Source of the DNA: Polyangiales bacterium | GTDB taxonomy: Bacteria > Myxococcota_A > Polyangia > Polyangiales > JADJQN01 | Assembly: GCA_964202905.1 (NCBI GenBank) | Contig: CAXNJO010000010.1 | Location: forward strand, 20,228-84,227 | Direction of reading: 5' to 3' | Length of the DNA: 64,000 nt | Shown: piece after piece, positions 28,868-39,397 of the stretch | How the letters are laid out: each line of letters begins with the position of its first letter | How positions within the stretch are numbered: position 1 is the stretch's first letter | The notes under the pieces: generated by a model | What the model was told of the DNA's origin: nothing | The model's database searches: none | What the model saw: only the letters and a program-made list of their open reading frames with translations | Position numbers and translations under genes: made by a program

Positions 28868-30660
28868 ATGAAGATCGTCTGCGAGAACTGCGGCGCGAAG
28901 TACTCGATCGCCGACGAGAAGGTCGCCGGGAAGGTGTTCAAGATCCGCTGCAAGAAGTGCAGCGAGGTCATCGTGGTACGCGGCGATCAGGGCGACGACG
29001 AGTCGACGCGCGTCCTCGACGGCTCGCAGGCCGCGCCCCCGGTCGGCGGCGAGGCCGTGTGGCACATCGTCGTGAGCGGCGACCAGCAGGGGCCGTTCAC
29101 GCCCGCGCAGATCAGCGACATGCTCAGCGCCGGGACCGTCGACTGGGAGGCGTACGTCTGGCGCGAGGGCTTCGACAATTGGCTGCCCGCGCGCGACGTG
29201 GAGCCGCTCGTGCAGGCGATCACCGGGGGCGGCGACGCGGGAGGCGGCGCGGCCGCCGGCGCGGCGGGCGACTTCGGCGCGGACCCGTTCGGCGGAGCGG
29301 CCGGTGGCGCCGATCCCTTCGGCGGCGGCGCGTTCGGGGCGGAATCAATCCCGGCGCCCGCGCCCGAGAAGGCCCCCGCGGCCCGTGCGCCGCGCGCAGG
29401 CGGTAGCGATCTCTTCGGCCAGTCGGAGGCGAGCCCGTTCGGCGGTGGCGGCGACGACGACGACGGCGTGGTGGCCTCGGCCCCGAGCCCGCGTGTCTCG
29501 AGTCAGCAGGCGGCGCTCACCGGACAGCGCAACGAGAACTCCGTGCTCTTCTCGCTCGCCAACCTCCAGGCGCTCGCCACCGGCACGCCGAGCAGCAGCG
29601 GGTCGACGGCGGCGCCGTCGAGCAGCGCGCAGCCGAGGGCCGGCATGGCGTCCGGGGAGGGCTCGGGCCTCATCGACATCCGCGCTCTCGCGGGGGGCCT
29701 CGGGGGCGGGGCATCGGCATCCATGGGCGCAACGCCCGCCAAGAAGGACGCCGTCGACGACCTGCTCTCGATCGGCTCGGGCGGCTCGCCGTTCGCGCCC
29801 ACGCTCGGCGCGCCGATGTTGGCGCCCGTCAAGCAGGAGTCCAGCAACAAGGGCCTGATCATCGGCGTGAGCGTCGGCGTCGCGGCGGTCGTCGCAGCGG
29901 CAGCGGTCGTGCTGGTCGTCATGCTCGGGAACAAGAAGGACGACGCGGCGGAGGCGGGGGGCACCCTCGCGCCGAGCCGCCGGCGGCGCCGGCCACCGTC
30001 GCGGCGCCCGCGGCCGCGGCTCCGATCGCACCCGCAGCGCCGCCGGCGGCCGAGCCCGCCGCAGTCGCTGCACCGGTCGCGGCCGACACGGTGGCCGCAG
30101 CGCCCGCTCCCGCGGACGACGAGCGCAACGGCGCGCGTCGCAGCGGGTCGCGACGCACGGGCGGCGGCGGAGAGACCGCCGCGGCGCCGAGCGCGCCGAC
30201 CGCACCGAGCGCACCTTCGGGCGGCGGAGGCGGTGGCGGCGGGGGCGGCAGCGCACCGGCCCCGCGGCGAGCCGGCGGCGGCGGCGGCGGCGGCAGCATC
30301 GACGACCTCCTCGGGCAGGCGCTCGGCGGCGGTGGCCCGGCAGCGCGTCCGGCGGCAAACAGCGGCGGCGGGGGCGGAGGCAGCGACGCCTCGCTCCCGG
30401 AGCAGCCGGGCCGCGATCAGGTGCGTGCAGCGCTCACGGCGGTTCAGGCGGCGGTCACGGCATGTGGCGGCGGCGAGCACGGCCTCGCGATGACGGCGAT
30501 CACCGTCGCGGGCTCGAGCGGGCGCGTGACGAACGCGGTCGTCTCCGGCCAGTTCGCCGGCACGCCCGTCGGCTCCTGCGTGGCCCGCGCCGCGCGCAGC
30601 GCACGCTTCCCGCGGTTCCGCAACGACACCTTCTCGGTCAGCTTCCCCTTCCGGCTCTGA
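28868..30660 (+). pseudogene. ZnR (MJ0042-type zinc finger) + GYF + TM + TonB_C-like protein, the architecture described for M. xanthus GltJ/AgmX; one frame break near 29974
   Basis: The N-terminus is MKIVCENCGAKYSIADEKV..IRCKKCSEVIVV. A GYF-like block follows (WHIVVSGDQQGPFTPAQISDMLSAGTVDWEAYVWREGFDNWLPA), then a TM helix (LIIGVSVGVAAVVAAAAVVLVVML). The C-terminus lies in another frame (ORF 30091..30660: ..VTNAVVSGQFAGTPVGSCVARAARSARFPRF). Confidence 0.65.
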
Positions 30661-30749
30661 CCACGGCGGGGCGCACGCGACCGGCGTCGCGCCCCGACCT
30701 CCGCGCACGGCCGTCCACCGACGGCCCCGACTCCCCCGGACGCCGCCCC

Positions 30750-31478
30750 TCAAGGGCGGCGTCGGCGTTTCGTGCGCAGCCCGATGGCACCCAGCACGAG
30801 CAGCGCGACGCCAGCGAGTGCGCCCGCGATCACGCGCCCATCGAGCGGCGCCTCCGGCGTGCGGAGCGCCGCGCTGAACACGCGCCCGGCGGGGGGCGCG
30901 AAGTCCCGCCCGAAACTCAGCGCCGGCTCGAGATCGCGCGGCGACTCGCCCATCCCGGCGCGCAGCAGCTCGGCGCCGTCCCGCGCCTGAAACACGACGT
31001 CCGTGCGCTCGAAGCGCCCGACGTCCATGGCGTCACGGATCTGCAGGACGTGCTCGCCGCCCGGCAACGGAATGTGCGCGACCCGCTCGACCGTGACCGG
31101 CTGCGCCGCGATCGGCCCGATCGGCTCGAGCACACCGTCCCGCCAGACGATCCCCTCCGCGGCCGCGCCGTCGATCTCCACCCGGAGTTCGCGCGCGAGC
31201 TCGGCGCCCCACCCTGCGAGGTAGGCGTCGGCCTCGGCGCGGGAGAGCGCGCCGTCGCCGTCCGTGTCCGCCGGCTCGAGGGCGAGGCGCGTCTCGGACG
31301 GACCGAGCATCAACGAGACCACTATGCGCACCTCGCCCGGCGCGGCGTCCACCTTGAGGTAGCGCTCCGCGCGGAGGACGAGGTGGCCGAGGTGTGCCTG
31401 CGCGCGCGTGGGCGCGCCGAGCGTGAGCGGGATCGCGAGAGCGGCGAGCGCGCCCCCCCGCAGCCCCGCGCGGGTCAT
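30750..31478 (-). CDS. Secreted, C-terminally membrane-anchored protein with an EF-hand-like loop
   Basis: ATG 31478-31476 overlaps the pepA stop (ATGA). A signal peptide is present. DTDGDGALSRAE fits the DxDxDGxLxxxE calcium loop. A C-terminal TM helix is followed by KRRRRP. Confidence 0.5.
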   Translation of the reverse strand: MTRAGLRGGALAALAIPLTLGAPTRAQAHLGHLVLRAERYLKVDAAPGEVRIVVSLMLGPSETRLALEPADTDGDGALSRAEADAYLAGWGAELARELRVEIDGAAAEGIVWRDGVLEPIGPIAAQPVTVERVAHIPLPGGEHVLQIRDAMDVGRFERTDVVFQARDGAELLRAGMGESPRDLEPALSFGRDFAPPAGRVFSAALRTPEAPLDGRVIAGALAGVALLVLGAIGLRTKRRRRP

Positions 31479-32950
31479 GCGAGCTGCTCGAGGAAGCGCA
31501 GCGCGGTGAGCACGCCGAAGCCGGTGCCGCCCTTCGGGTAGATGCTGCGCGCGCGGTCGGCGAAGGTCGGGCCCGCGATGTCGAGGTGCGCCCACTTCGT
31601 CTTGCCCACGAACTCACGGAGGAAGAGCGCGCCGGTGATCGAGCCGCCGTACGCGTCGCCCGTGTGCTTGAGGTCGGCGATGTCGCTCTTGAGCGTCTCG
31701 CGGAGCTCGTCGGTGAGCGGCAAGCGCCAGTAGCTCTCGCCCGTGTCCTCCGCCGCGGCCGCGTACTTCTTCGCGAGCCCGTCGTCGTTCGAGAAGAGGC
31801 CCGCGGTGATGGCGCCGAGCGCGACCATGCACGCGCCGGTGAGCGTGGCGTGGTCGACGAGGTAGTCGGGCTCGAGCTCCCGGGCGTAGGCGAGCGCGTC
31901 CGCGAGGACGAGACGGCCCTCGGCGTCGGTGTTGATGATCTCCACCGTCTTGCCATCGAGCGACGGGAAGACGTCGCCCGGGCGGTAGGCGTCACCGTCC
32001 GGCATGTTCTCGACGCAGCCGAGGATGCCGTGCACCTCGAGCGGAAGACCGAGGTGCGCCGCCGCGAGCACGGTGGCGAGCGTGACGGCGGCGCCCCCCA
32101 TGTCGCACTTCATCTCGATCATCGACTTCGCGGGCTTGATGCAGAGTCCGCCGGAGTCGAACGTCAGGCCCTTGCCGACGAAGACGACCTTCTTCGTGCC
32201 CTTCTTGGCCTTCTTGGGCGTGTATTTGAGGTGGACCAGGCGGGGCTTGTTCGCGCTGCCGCGGGCGACCGCGAGCAGCAGGTGCATGCCGCGCTTCTCC
32301 ATCGCCTTCTCGTCGAGGATCGTGCACTCGATGCCCAGCTTGTGGGCCTCGGACTTCGCCGTCGCTGCGAACGCGATCGGGTGGAGATCGTTCGGCGGCG
32401 CGTTCACGAGATCGCGCGCGAGGTTCACACAGCCGGCGATCGCGAGGCCCTCGTCGACGGCGGCGTGGGCGTCCTTGCCGGCCTTCTCGCCGAGCAGGAC
32501 GGCGATCTCGCCGAGCGCGCGCTTGGGCTTGCGCTCCCCGGTGAGGTAACGCGTGTAGCGGTAGCTCCCCGTCCCGAGGCCCTCGGCGAGCGCGCGGAGC
32601 GACCCTTCGGCCGCGCTCGGCGCGACGACCGCGAGCGTCCCGAGCCGCGCCGCGAGCTGCGAGGCCTTCACGCCGAAGGCGCGCGCGTCACGCGTGCTGA
32701 CGCTCCCCGCCCCGAGCCCGATGATCGCGAGCCGCGTCGCCTTCAGGCCGTGGGGCAGCGCGACGCTCAGCGTCTCGCCGAGCCCCGCCTTGAAGCCATC
32801 CTCGGCGATGAGGCGTTGGAGCGCGCCGCCGAGCGCGTGGTCGATCGCCTTGAGCGTCGCGTCCTTGGTGAGTCGATCGGACTTGACGCCGACGGCGAGG
32901 AGATCGGCCTCGGCGACGAGCGGTGCATGCGTGGACAGAACGATCTTCAT
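31475..32950 (-). CDS. pepA: Leucyl aminopeptidase (M17)
   Basis: ORF 31475..33517 was trimmed to ATG 32950-32948 (MKIVLSTH) behind a GGAGG Shine-Dalgarno. Matches are VGKGLTFDSGG, NTDAEGRLVLAD and DIAGP. Confidence 0.92.
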   Translation of the reverse strand: MKIVLSTHAPLVAEADLLAVGVKSDRLTKDATLKAIDHALGGALQRLIAEDGFKAGLGETLSVALPHGLKATRLAIIGLGAGSVSTRDARAFGVKASQLAARLGTLAVVAPSAAEGSLRALAEGLGTGSYRYTRYLTGERKPKRALGEIAVLLGEKAGKDAHAAVDEGLAIAGCVNLARDLVNAPPNDLHPIAFAATAKSEAHKLGIECTILDEKAMEKRGMHLLLAVARGSANKPRLVHLKYTPKKAKKGTKKVVFVGKGLTFDSGGLCIKPAKSMIEMKCDMGGAAVTLATVLAAAHLGLPLEVHGILGCVENMPDGDAYRPGDVFPSLDGKTVEIINTDAEGRLVLADALAYARELEPDYLVDHATLTGACMVALGAITAGLFSNDDGLAKKYAAAAEDTGESYWRLPLTDELRETLKSDIADLKHTGDAYGGSITGALFLREFVGKTKWAHLDIAGPTFADRARSIYPKGGTGFGVLTALRFLEQLA

Positions 32951-33214
32951 GTTCCTCCGGGGAGCGCGCGCTGCGGATGCCTTCGCTCGCCTCGGCGCGG
33001 CTGCCGGGCGTCGGGCCGGGCGCATCCTGCCACGCGCGCGCGGCGCGGGACAAGCCTCGTCAACGCCGCCGGCGGGCCGACGGCGGCCGCCAGCGGCGCC
33101 GCCATGTCCGGCGCGCAAGTCCGCGAACCCACGTGGTCGCGCGGCGGCACGCGCCCTGCTCGAGGCCTCTGCACGAGCGACCGCGATGACCGCGGCGCGA
33201 CACGGGAGGACTCG

Positions 33215-33499
33215 ATGGACTCGAACCACGGCTGGGGAGCGGGAGGCGGGCTCGGCACGCGCCCGGGGATGATGATCGCGTACACCATCGTCGAGCGCGG
33301 TGAGAAGAAGTACTGGGTGCGCTGCGGCGCGGCCTTCCACAACCGCGACGGCTCGCTGAACGTGCGTCTCGACGCGCTGCCGGTGAACGGCCAGATCCAG
33401 CTCCGCGTGTGGACGGCCGAGGACGACGCGCGGCCCCGCCGCTCGAACGGCCACGGGCACCACGACGACGCGGTCCCCGCGGATCTGCTCGCCGGCTGA
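33215..33499 (+). CDS. Small hypothetical protein (94 aa)
   Basis: This is the tail of shadow ORF 31586..33499. ATG 33215 is preceded by GGGAGGA. The core reads MIAYTIVERGEKKYWVRCGAAFHNRDGSLNVRLDALPVNGQIQLRVW, with a His/Asp-rich tail. I could not place it in a family. Confidence 0.4.
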   Translation: MDSNHGWGAGGGLGTRPGMMIAYTIVERGEKKYWVRCGAAFHNRDGSLNVRLDALPVNGQIQLRVWTAEDDARPRRSNGHGHHDDAVPADLLAG

Positions 33500-33632
33500 G
33501 GTCACTGCGCGCGGCACGGCGCCGCGAACACTCGTGCGCGGGCAGGCCCCGCGCGATGCGTGGTGCGCGCGATGGTCGCGGGCACCCTCGTCACGCTCGA
33601 ACTAGAAAACACAGACAGCCAGGAGAATCAGG

Positions 33633-34091
33633 ATGATGAACCAGCGGAACCTGCAGAAGCCCCTCCCCTTCCTCGCCGCGGCGCTCGCGGCGCTGCTCGG
33701 CGTCGGTCTCGCCACCAGCGTCTCCGCGCAGGCGCGCCCGGCGCGGCCCGCGCCCGCGCAGGCGACGGCGCCCGCGACCGTGGGCGAAGAGGGCGTCGTG
33801 AACGTCAACGCCGCGACCGCCGACGAGCTGATGCGCCTGCCGGGCATCGGCCCCTCGAAGGCCGCGGCAATCCTCGCGCTGCGCGCGCGGCTCAACGGCC
33901 AGCGCTTCGGGCGGGTCGAGGACCTGCTTCGGGTGCGCGGAATCGGCCGCGCGACCCTGCGCAAGCTGCGCCCGCTGATGGCGCTGAGCGGACCGACCAC
34001 GTACGTCGAGCGGACCCGAGGGGCGGCGCGGCGCCCGGCCGGCAACGAGGGCGGCGACGGCGGCGAGGCGCTCGACGAAGCCGGCGAGTGA
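33633..34091 (+). CDS. ComEA-family helix-hairpin-helix DNA-binding protein
   Basis: A signal/anchor segment is followed by VNVNAATADELMRLPGIGPSKAAAILALR..LLRVRGIGRATLRKL. Confidence 0.7.
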   Translation: MMNQRNLQKPLPFLAAALAALLGVGLATSVSAQARPARPAPAQATAPATVGEEGVVNVNAATADELMRLPGIGPSKAAAILALRARLNGQRFGRVEDLLRVRGIGRATLRKLRPLMALSGPTTYVERTRGAARRPAGNEGGDGGEALDEAGE

Positions 34092-34275
34092 CGCACCTCC
34101 ACCGCGCGTGACAGGTGGCCGGAGCGCGTTCCCCTCCGCGGGGTGCGCGCTTCGGCGCCGGTCAGCAACCCACGTCCCTTTCGCGACGCGGCGCCGGGCG
34201 CGACGCGGCGGGCCCTCCGAGGGGACGGTCACGCACGCCCCGGCGCCGCGGCCGCGCGTGCTAGCTTCGCGCGCG

Positions 34276-34764
34276 ATGACGGACACGGTGATCCGGCGCG
34301 CGCATCGGGGCGATCTCGCGCAGGTCCTTCGCTTCCATCACGCGCTCTACATCGCGCACCGCGACGCGATCATGCCGGCCGCCCTCGCCGACTTCTACGC
34401 GTACCGCCGCTTCCCCGAGGCGCTCCGCGACGACGTGGACGCGCTGCTGCGATCGCCGCGGTCGGTCGTCCTCCTCGCCGAGCGCGCGGGAGAGGCGGTC
34501 GGCTACGTCACGGGGCACCACGAAGACGACGACGAGCGGCGCGTGCTGCGTCGCAAGGGCATCGTCGAGGACTGGTACGTCGCCCCGGAAGCGCGTGGCG
34601 CAGGGCTCGGCGCGCTGCTGCTCGAGGCGCTCGCGGAGGCCTTCCGCGCGGCGGGGTGCGAGGTGCTCGAGTCGGCAACCTGGCCCTTCAACGCCGGGGC
34701 GCGGCGCGCGCACGAGGCGCTCGGATTCCAGGAGATCGAGGTCAAGTACCGTCGCCGGCTCTGA
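34276..34764 (+). CDS. GNAT-family N-acetyltransferase
   Basis: ORF 34108..34764 was trimmed to ATG 34276 (MTDTVIRRAH). The acetyl-CoA motif reads WYVAPEARGAGLGALLLEAL..AHEALGFQE. Confidence 0.75.
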   Translation: MTDTVIRRAHRGDLAQVLRFHHALYIAHRDAIMPAALADFYAYRRFPEALRDDVDALLRSPRSVVLLAERAGEAVGYVTGHHEDDDERRVLRRKGIVEDWYVAPEARGAGLGALLLEALAEAFRAAGCEVLESATWPFNAGARRAHEALGFQEIEVKYRRRL

Positions 34765-34874
34765 AGGCGGGCGGGCGGGGCAAGGCGGGGGCGCGGCCGC
34801 GCGCGGTCCGGCCGCGTCGCGAATCGAGGTTGGTCAGGTGTGCGCGCCGCCCGCCGCGCATGGGCGGCTCGTCG

Positions 34875-35541
34875 TCAGGCAGTCGGTGCGCGCTCGAGGG
34901 ACGCGAGCGCCTCGAGCACGGGCGCGAGCGCGGCGCGCTTCAGCTTGAAGGCGGCGCGGTTCGCGACCACCACGCTCGAGACGTCGCAGACGTGCTCGGT
35001 CACGACGAGCCCGTTTTGCCGGAGCGTCTCGCCGCTCTCGACGAGATCGACGATGACGTCGGCGAGCCCGGTGACCGGCGCGAGCTCGACCGAGCCCTGC
35101 ACGTAGATGATCTCGACGTTTCGGCCGCTCGCGAGGAAGTGCCGGGCGGCGATGTTCGCGAACTTCGTCGCGACGCGGAGCGGCTCGCGCGGCGGCGCCG
35201 GTCTCGGCAGGCCCGCGACGACCATCTTGCAGATGCCGATGCCGAGGTCGATGGGCGCGTAGAGGTCGTACTCGCGCTCGAGCAGCACGTCGCGCCCGAC
35301 CACACCGAGATCGGCGACGCCGAACTCCACGTAGGTCGGGACGTCGTCGGGCTTCAGCAGCAGGAAGCGCAGCCCGGTGCGCGGGTCTTCGCGCACGAGG
35401 CGGCGATCGTCGGCGAGGAGCGTCTGCGGATCGACGCCCATCGTCGCGAGGCGCGGCGCGAGCTGCTTGAGCACGCGGCCTTTCGGGACGGCGACCGTGA
35501 CGGTGGCGCCCCCCCCGGCCGCCGCGACGGACCGCACGGAC

Positions 35542-35549
<8 letters not shown>
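34875..35549 (-). CDS. hisG: ATP phosphoribosyltransferase (short HisG form)
   Basis: 224 aa. Matches are [35 protein letters not shown] and [14 protein letters not shown]. Confidence 0.9.
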
Positions 35550-36807
<1,258 letters not shown>

Positions 36808-36856
36808 GCGCGCTGCGTAACCCAGACGCGCAAGCGCATCAAGGACGCGCGCGCCC

Positions 36857-37513
36857 TCAGGCGAGCGCGAGCCCCGCGACGAACGCCGCGAAGCCGATGG
36901 CCATGATCGCCCCGAAACGTCGCGCCTCGGGCACGCGGAGCCGCGCCTCGTCGTCCACGCCGCGCCGGAGGAGGCCGAGCGCGCCGCCGATCCATGCCGC
37001 GAAGCCAGCGAGGAGCAGGAGCACCGGGAGGCGCGCCGGATCCGCGGCGCGCGCGCGCTCGAGGGCGCGGAGGTAGGCCTGCTCGCGCGCCGCACGTCCG
37101 ACGGCTGCGTCGACAGGGGGTGGGTCGTCCGCGGCGAGCGCGGCGAGGTGCGCGTCGGCCTCGGTGAGCGCGGCGTCGTGCGGCACGTACAGCGACCGCG
37201 ACGCGAGCACGGCCGCGTGCACGGCGCGCCACGCCGCGAGGGCCCGTGCCGTCTCGCCCGCGGACTCGGACTCCCGCGCGATCGCGGCGAGGGCGCGGAG
37301 CGACGCGGCGACGTGCGGACTCCCGGGCACGTAGAGCCGCGCAGCCCGCCGGTAGTGGACGATCGCGCCGTCGAGGTCCCCCGACGCACGCAGCTGCTCG
37401 GCGCGCGCATGCTCGTCGTGCGAGGCCGCGAGCACCCGCACCGCGAGCAGCACGAGCAGCGCGGCGACGACCACGGACGCGCGCCCGACGAGGCGCGCCG
37501 CGGGCCCGCTCAC
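36857..37513 (-). CDS. Hypothetical membrane protein
   Basis: 218 aa with a GTG start that overlaps the stop of the upstream permease (GTGA). It has an N-terminal TM, a helical middle, and two C-terminal TM helices. Confidence 0.5.
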   Translation of the reverse strand: MSGPAARLVGRASVVVAALLVLLAVRVLAASHDEHARAEQLRASGDLDGAIVHYRRAARLYVPGSPHVAASLRALAAIARESESAGETARALAAWRAVHAAVLASRSLYVPHDAALTEADAHLAALAADDPPPVDAAVGRAAREQAYLRALERARAADPARLPVLLLLAGFAAWIGGALGLLRRGVDDEARLRVPEARRFGAIMAIGFAAFVAGLALA

Positions 37514-38421
37514 GTGAGATCCCGGCGGCGGAACACGAACACGCCGAGCGCGAGGAGCGCCGTGGCGTAGAGCAGCGCATAGCTGAGCGACGTCGCGAGG
37601 TAGCCGAGCACCGGCCCCTCGACGACGCGCCGCGAGGGGACGAAGAGGTTCAGGTTGGGGACCACGTTCGCGAGGGCGTGCATCAGCTCGCGCACCTCGA
37701 CCGGCACCGTCCGCGATTTGATCGTGGCGAGCTCGTCCGCCGAGCGGCCGACGAGCCAGACGCCGAACGTGAGCGCGCCGGTGAGGAACGGCGTCGAGAA
37801 CGACGAGAAGAGCATCGCGACCGCGGCGACGACGAGCACCTCGCCGAGGCTGAGCGCGAAGCGGGCGAGCGGCGGCGCGAGGGGCACGCCCACCGACGCC
37901 GCGAGCGCGGCCGCGGCCGCGAGCAGGCCGAGCGCGACCGGCAGCAGCGCCGCCGTGCGATCCTTCGCGCGCCAGACGAGCACGCCGGCGAGCCCCGCCG
38001 CGAGCACGGGCCCGAGGCCCAGCACGAGCGTCATCGACCCGCGCTGCACGGCCATCACCCAGAGCTGCACGGCCCCCATCAGCGCGACGAAGACCGACGC
38101 GGTGAGCGCGATGCCGAGGTATTTCCCGACGAGGAACTCCGCGCGCGCGATGGGCTTCGGGAGGATGACGTAGAGCGTCTTGCGCTCGATCTCTTTGTAG
38201 AGGAGCGACGAGCCGAGGAAGATGGCGATCACCACCGAAAAGAGCGAGATGCTCGCGTAGCCGAGGTCCGCGACCACGCGCCGCTGTTCGCCGAGCGAGA
38301 GTTCGCCGAGCGCGAGCGAGAAGAGCAGGTTGAAGACGGAGAAGCCGAGCACCCCGTAGAGCACCCGATCACGGATGGCTTCACGGAAGGTGTTGAGCGC
38401 GATCGCGTACGTGCGGAGCAT
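37510..38421 (-). CDS. ABC-2-type transporter permease (no cognate ATPase in the window)
   Basis: ORF 37510..39522 was trimmed to ATG 38421-38419 (MLRTYAIALNTFREAIRDRVLYGVL). The 303-aa product has about 6 TM helices, with a NosY/GldF-like N-terminal signature. Confidence 0.6.
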   Translation of the reverse strand: MLRTYAIALNTFREAIRDRVLYGVLGFSVFNLLFSLALGELSLGEQRRVVADLGYASISLFSVVIAIFLGSSLLYKEIERKTLYVILPKPIARAEFLVGKYLGIALTASVFVALMGAVQLWVMAVQRGSMTLVLGLGPVLAAGLAGVLVWRAKDRTAALLPVALGLLAAAAALAASVGVPLAPPLARFALSLGEVLVVAAVAMLFSSFSTPFLTGALTFGVWLVGRSADELATIKSRTVPVEVRELMHALANVVPNLNLFVPSRRVVEGPVLGYLATSLSYALLYATALLALGVFVFRRRDLT

Positions 38422-38423
38422 GG

Positions 38424-39176
38424 TCAGTCCCCGGTGCCGGTGTCGCCGACGAGCTGCGAGCGCGTGCGCTCGCCGAAGAGCGCGCGACCCACGGCGAAGT
38501 GGCTCGTGACGTCGAGCAGCGCGAGCCAGACCGCGAAGGCGACGAGCCCGCTCAGCGCCCGCGCGAACAGCAACTGCCCGTCGCGCCGCACGAGCCCGAG
38601 GGTGACGAGCGCCGCGGGCACGCCCTGCCCCGCGTGGAGGCAGACGGCCGCGAGCCCGACGGAGGCGAGCGCGATGGAGGCAGGCGTGCCCGCCCGGAGC
38701 GAGAGCGTCTCGTAGACCTGCGCGGACGCACCGCCCCGCCAGAGGGGCACCGTCAGCGCCGCGAGGTGCGTGGCGAGGTAGCCCGCGGTGAGCACGCCCG
38801 TCACGCCCTGCAGCGTGCGCAGCCCCGCGCTCCCATAGGGCGCGGGGCCCGATGGAGAGGCGGCCGGCTCGCCCGCGCGCCCCGCCCAGCGCGCGAGGCC
38901 GAGCGCCGCGTGCACGACAAGCGGGGCCAGCACGAGCGCCGCCTTCACGGCGAGCCACGGGCGCGTGGTCGTCGCCTCGAGGCGCGCCCCGAACGCCGCG
39001 CGCCCCGCGAGGGCGGGCCAGGTCTCGGCCACGTGGAGCAGCAGGTAGCCCGCGAGCGGGAAGGCGCCGAGCGCGGCCTGCACGCGCGCGAGCCGTCGCG
39101 CGGCGAGCGGGGCTGCGGGTTCGGTGCGCGGCGCCATCGGGGGACGGATGGTCCGTGGCCGCGGCGACGCGGTCAA
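38424..39176 (-). CDS. Polytopic membrane protein, loosely SdhC/cytochrome-b558-like
   Basis: 250 aa with about 5 TM helices and conserved-looking His residues in helices (LLLHVAETW, LVVHAALG, ATHLAAL, CLHAG). Its stop lies 2 nt from the permease start. The family assignment is tentative. Confidence 0.4.
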   Translation of the reverse strand: MTASPRPRTIRPPMAPRTEPAAPLAARRLARVQAALGAFPLAGYLLLHVAETWPALAGRAAFGARLEATTTRPWLAVKAALVLAPLVVHAALGLARWAGRAGEPAASPSGPAPYGSAGLRTLQGVTGVLTAGYLATHLAALTVPLWRGGASAQVYETLSLRAGTPASIALASVGLAAVCLHAGQGVPAALVTLGLVRRDGQLLFARALSGLVAFAVWLALLDVTSHFAVGRALFGERTRSQLVGDTGTGD

Positions 39177-39397
39177 GTCTCGCTCCGGACGTCGGTCGCG
39201 AACTCCCGACGCGTCCGGCGGATGCGCCGTGGGCGGTGTCCGCCCGCCCGGGTGACCGACGCGCGAGGCCCTGCGTCCCGCGCGCCGCGCCGCGGGCCGA
39301 TGCGCGCTTGTCCGCTGCGGGCCGAGGCGTTAGCTTCGCCCGCGATGCGCCCGCTCCGAGGCCAGCACCGCGCGCGGCGCCTGCGTCAGGTCCACGC

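Noticed and set aside
38852-39397. 182-codon N-terminal extension of the lipid-kinase ORF, and the 39522..38422 extension of the permease ORF
   Set aside because: The two extensions overlap each other on opposite strands and are Arg/Ala/Pro-rich. The kinase and permease families start at the trimmed positions (VTAPGFLLLANPAAG and MLRTYAIAL).
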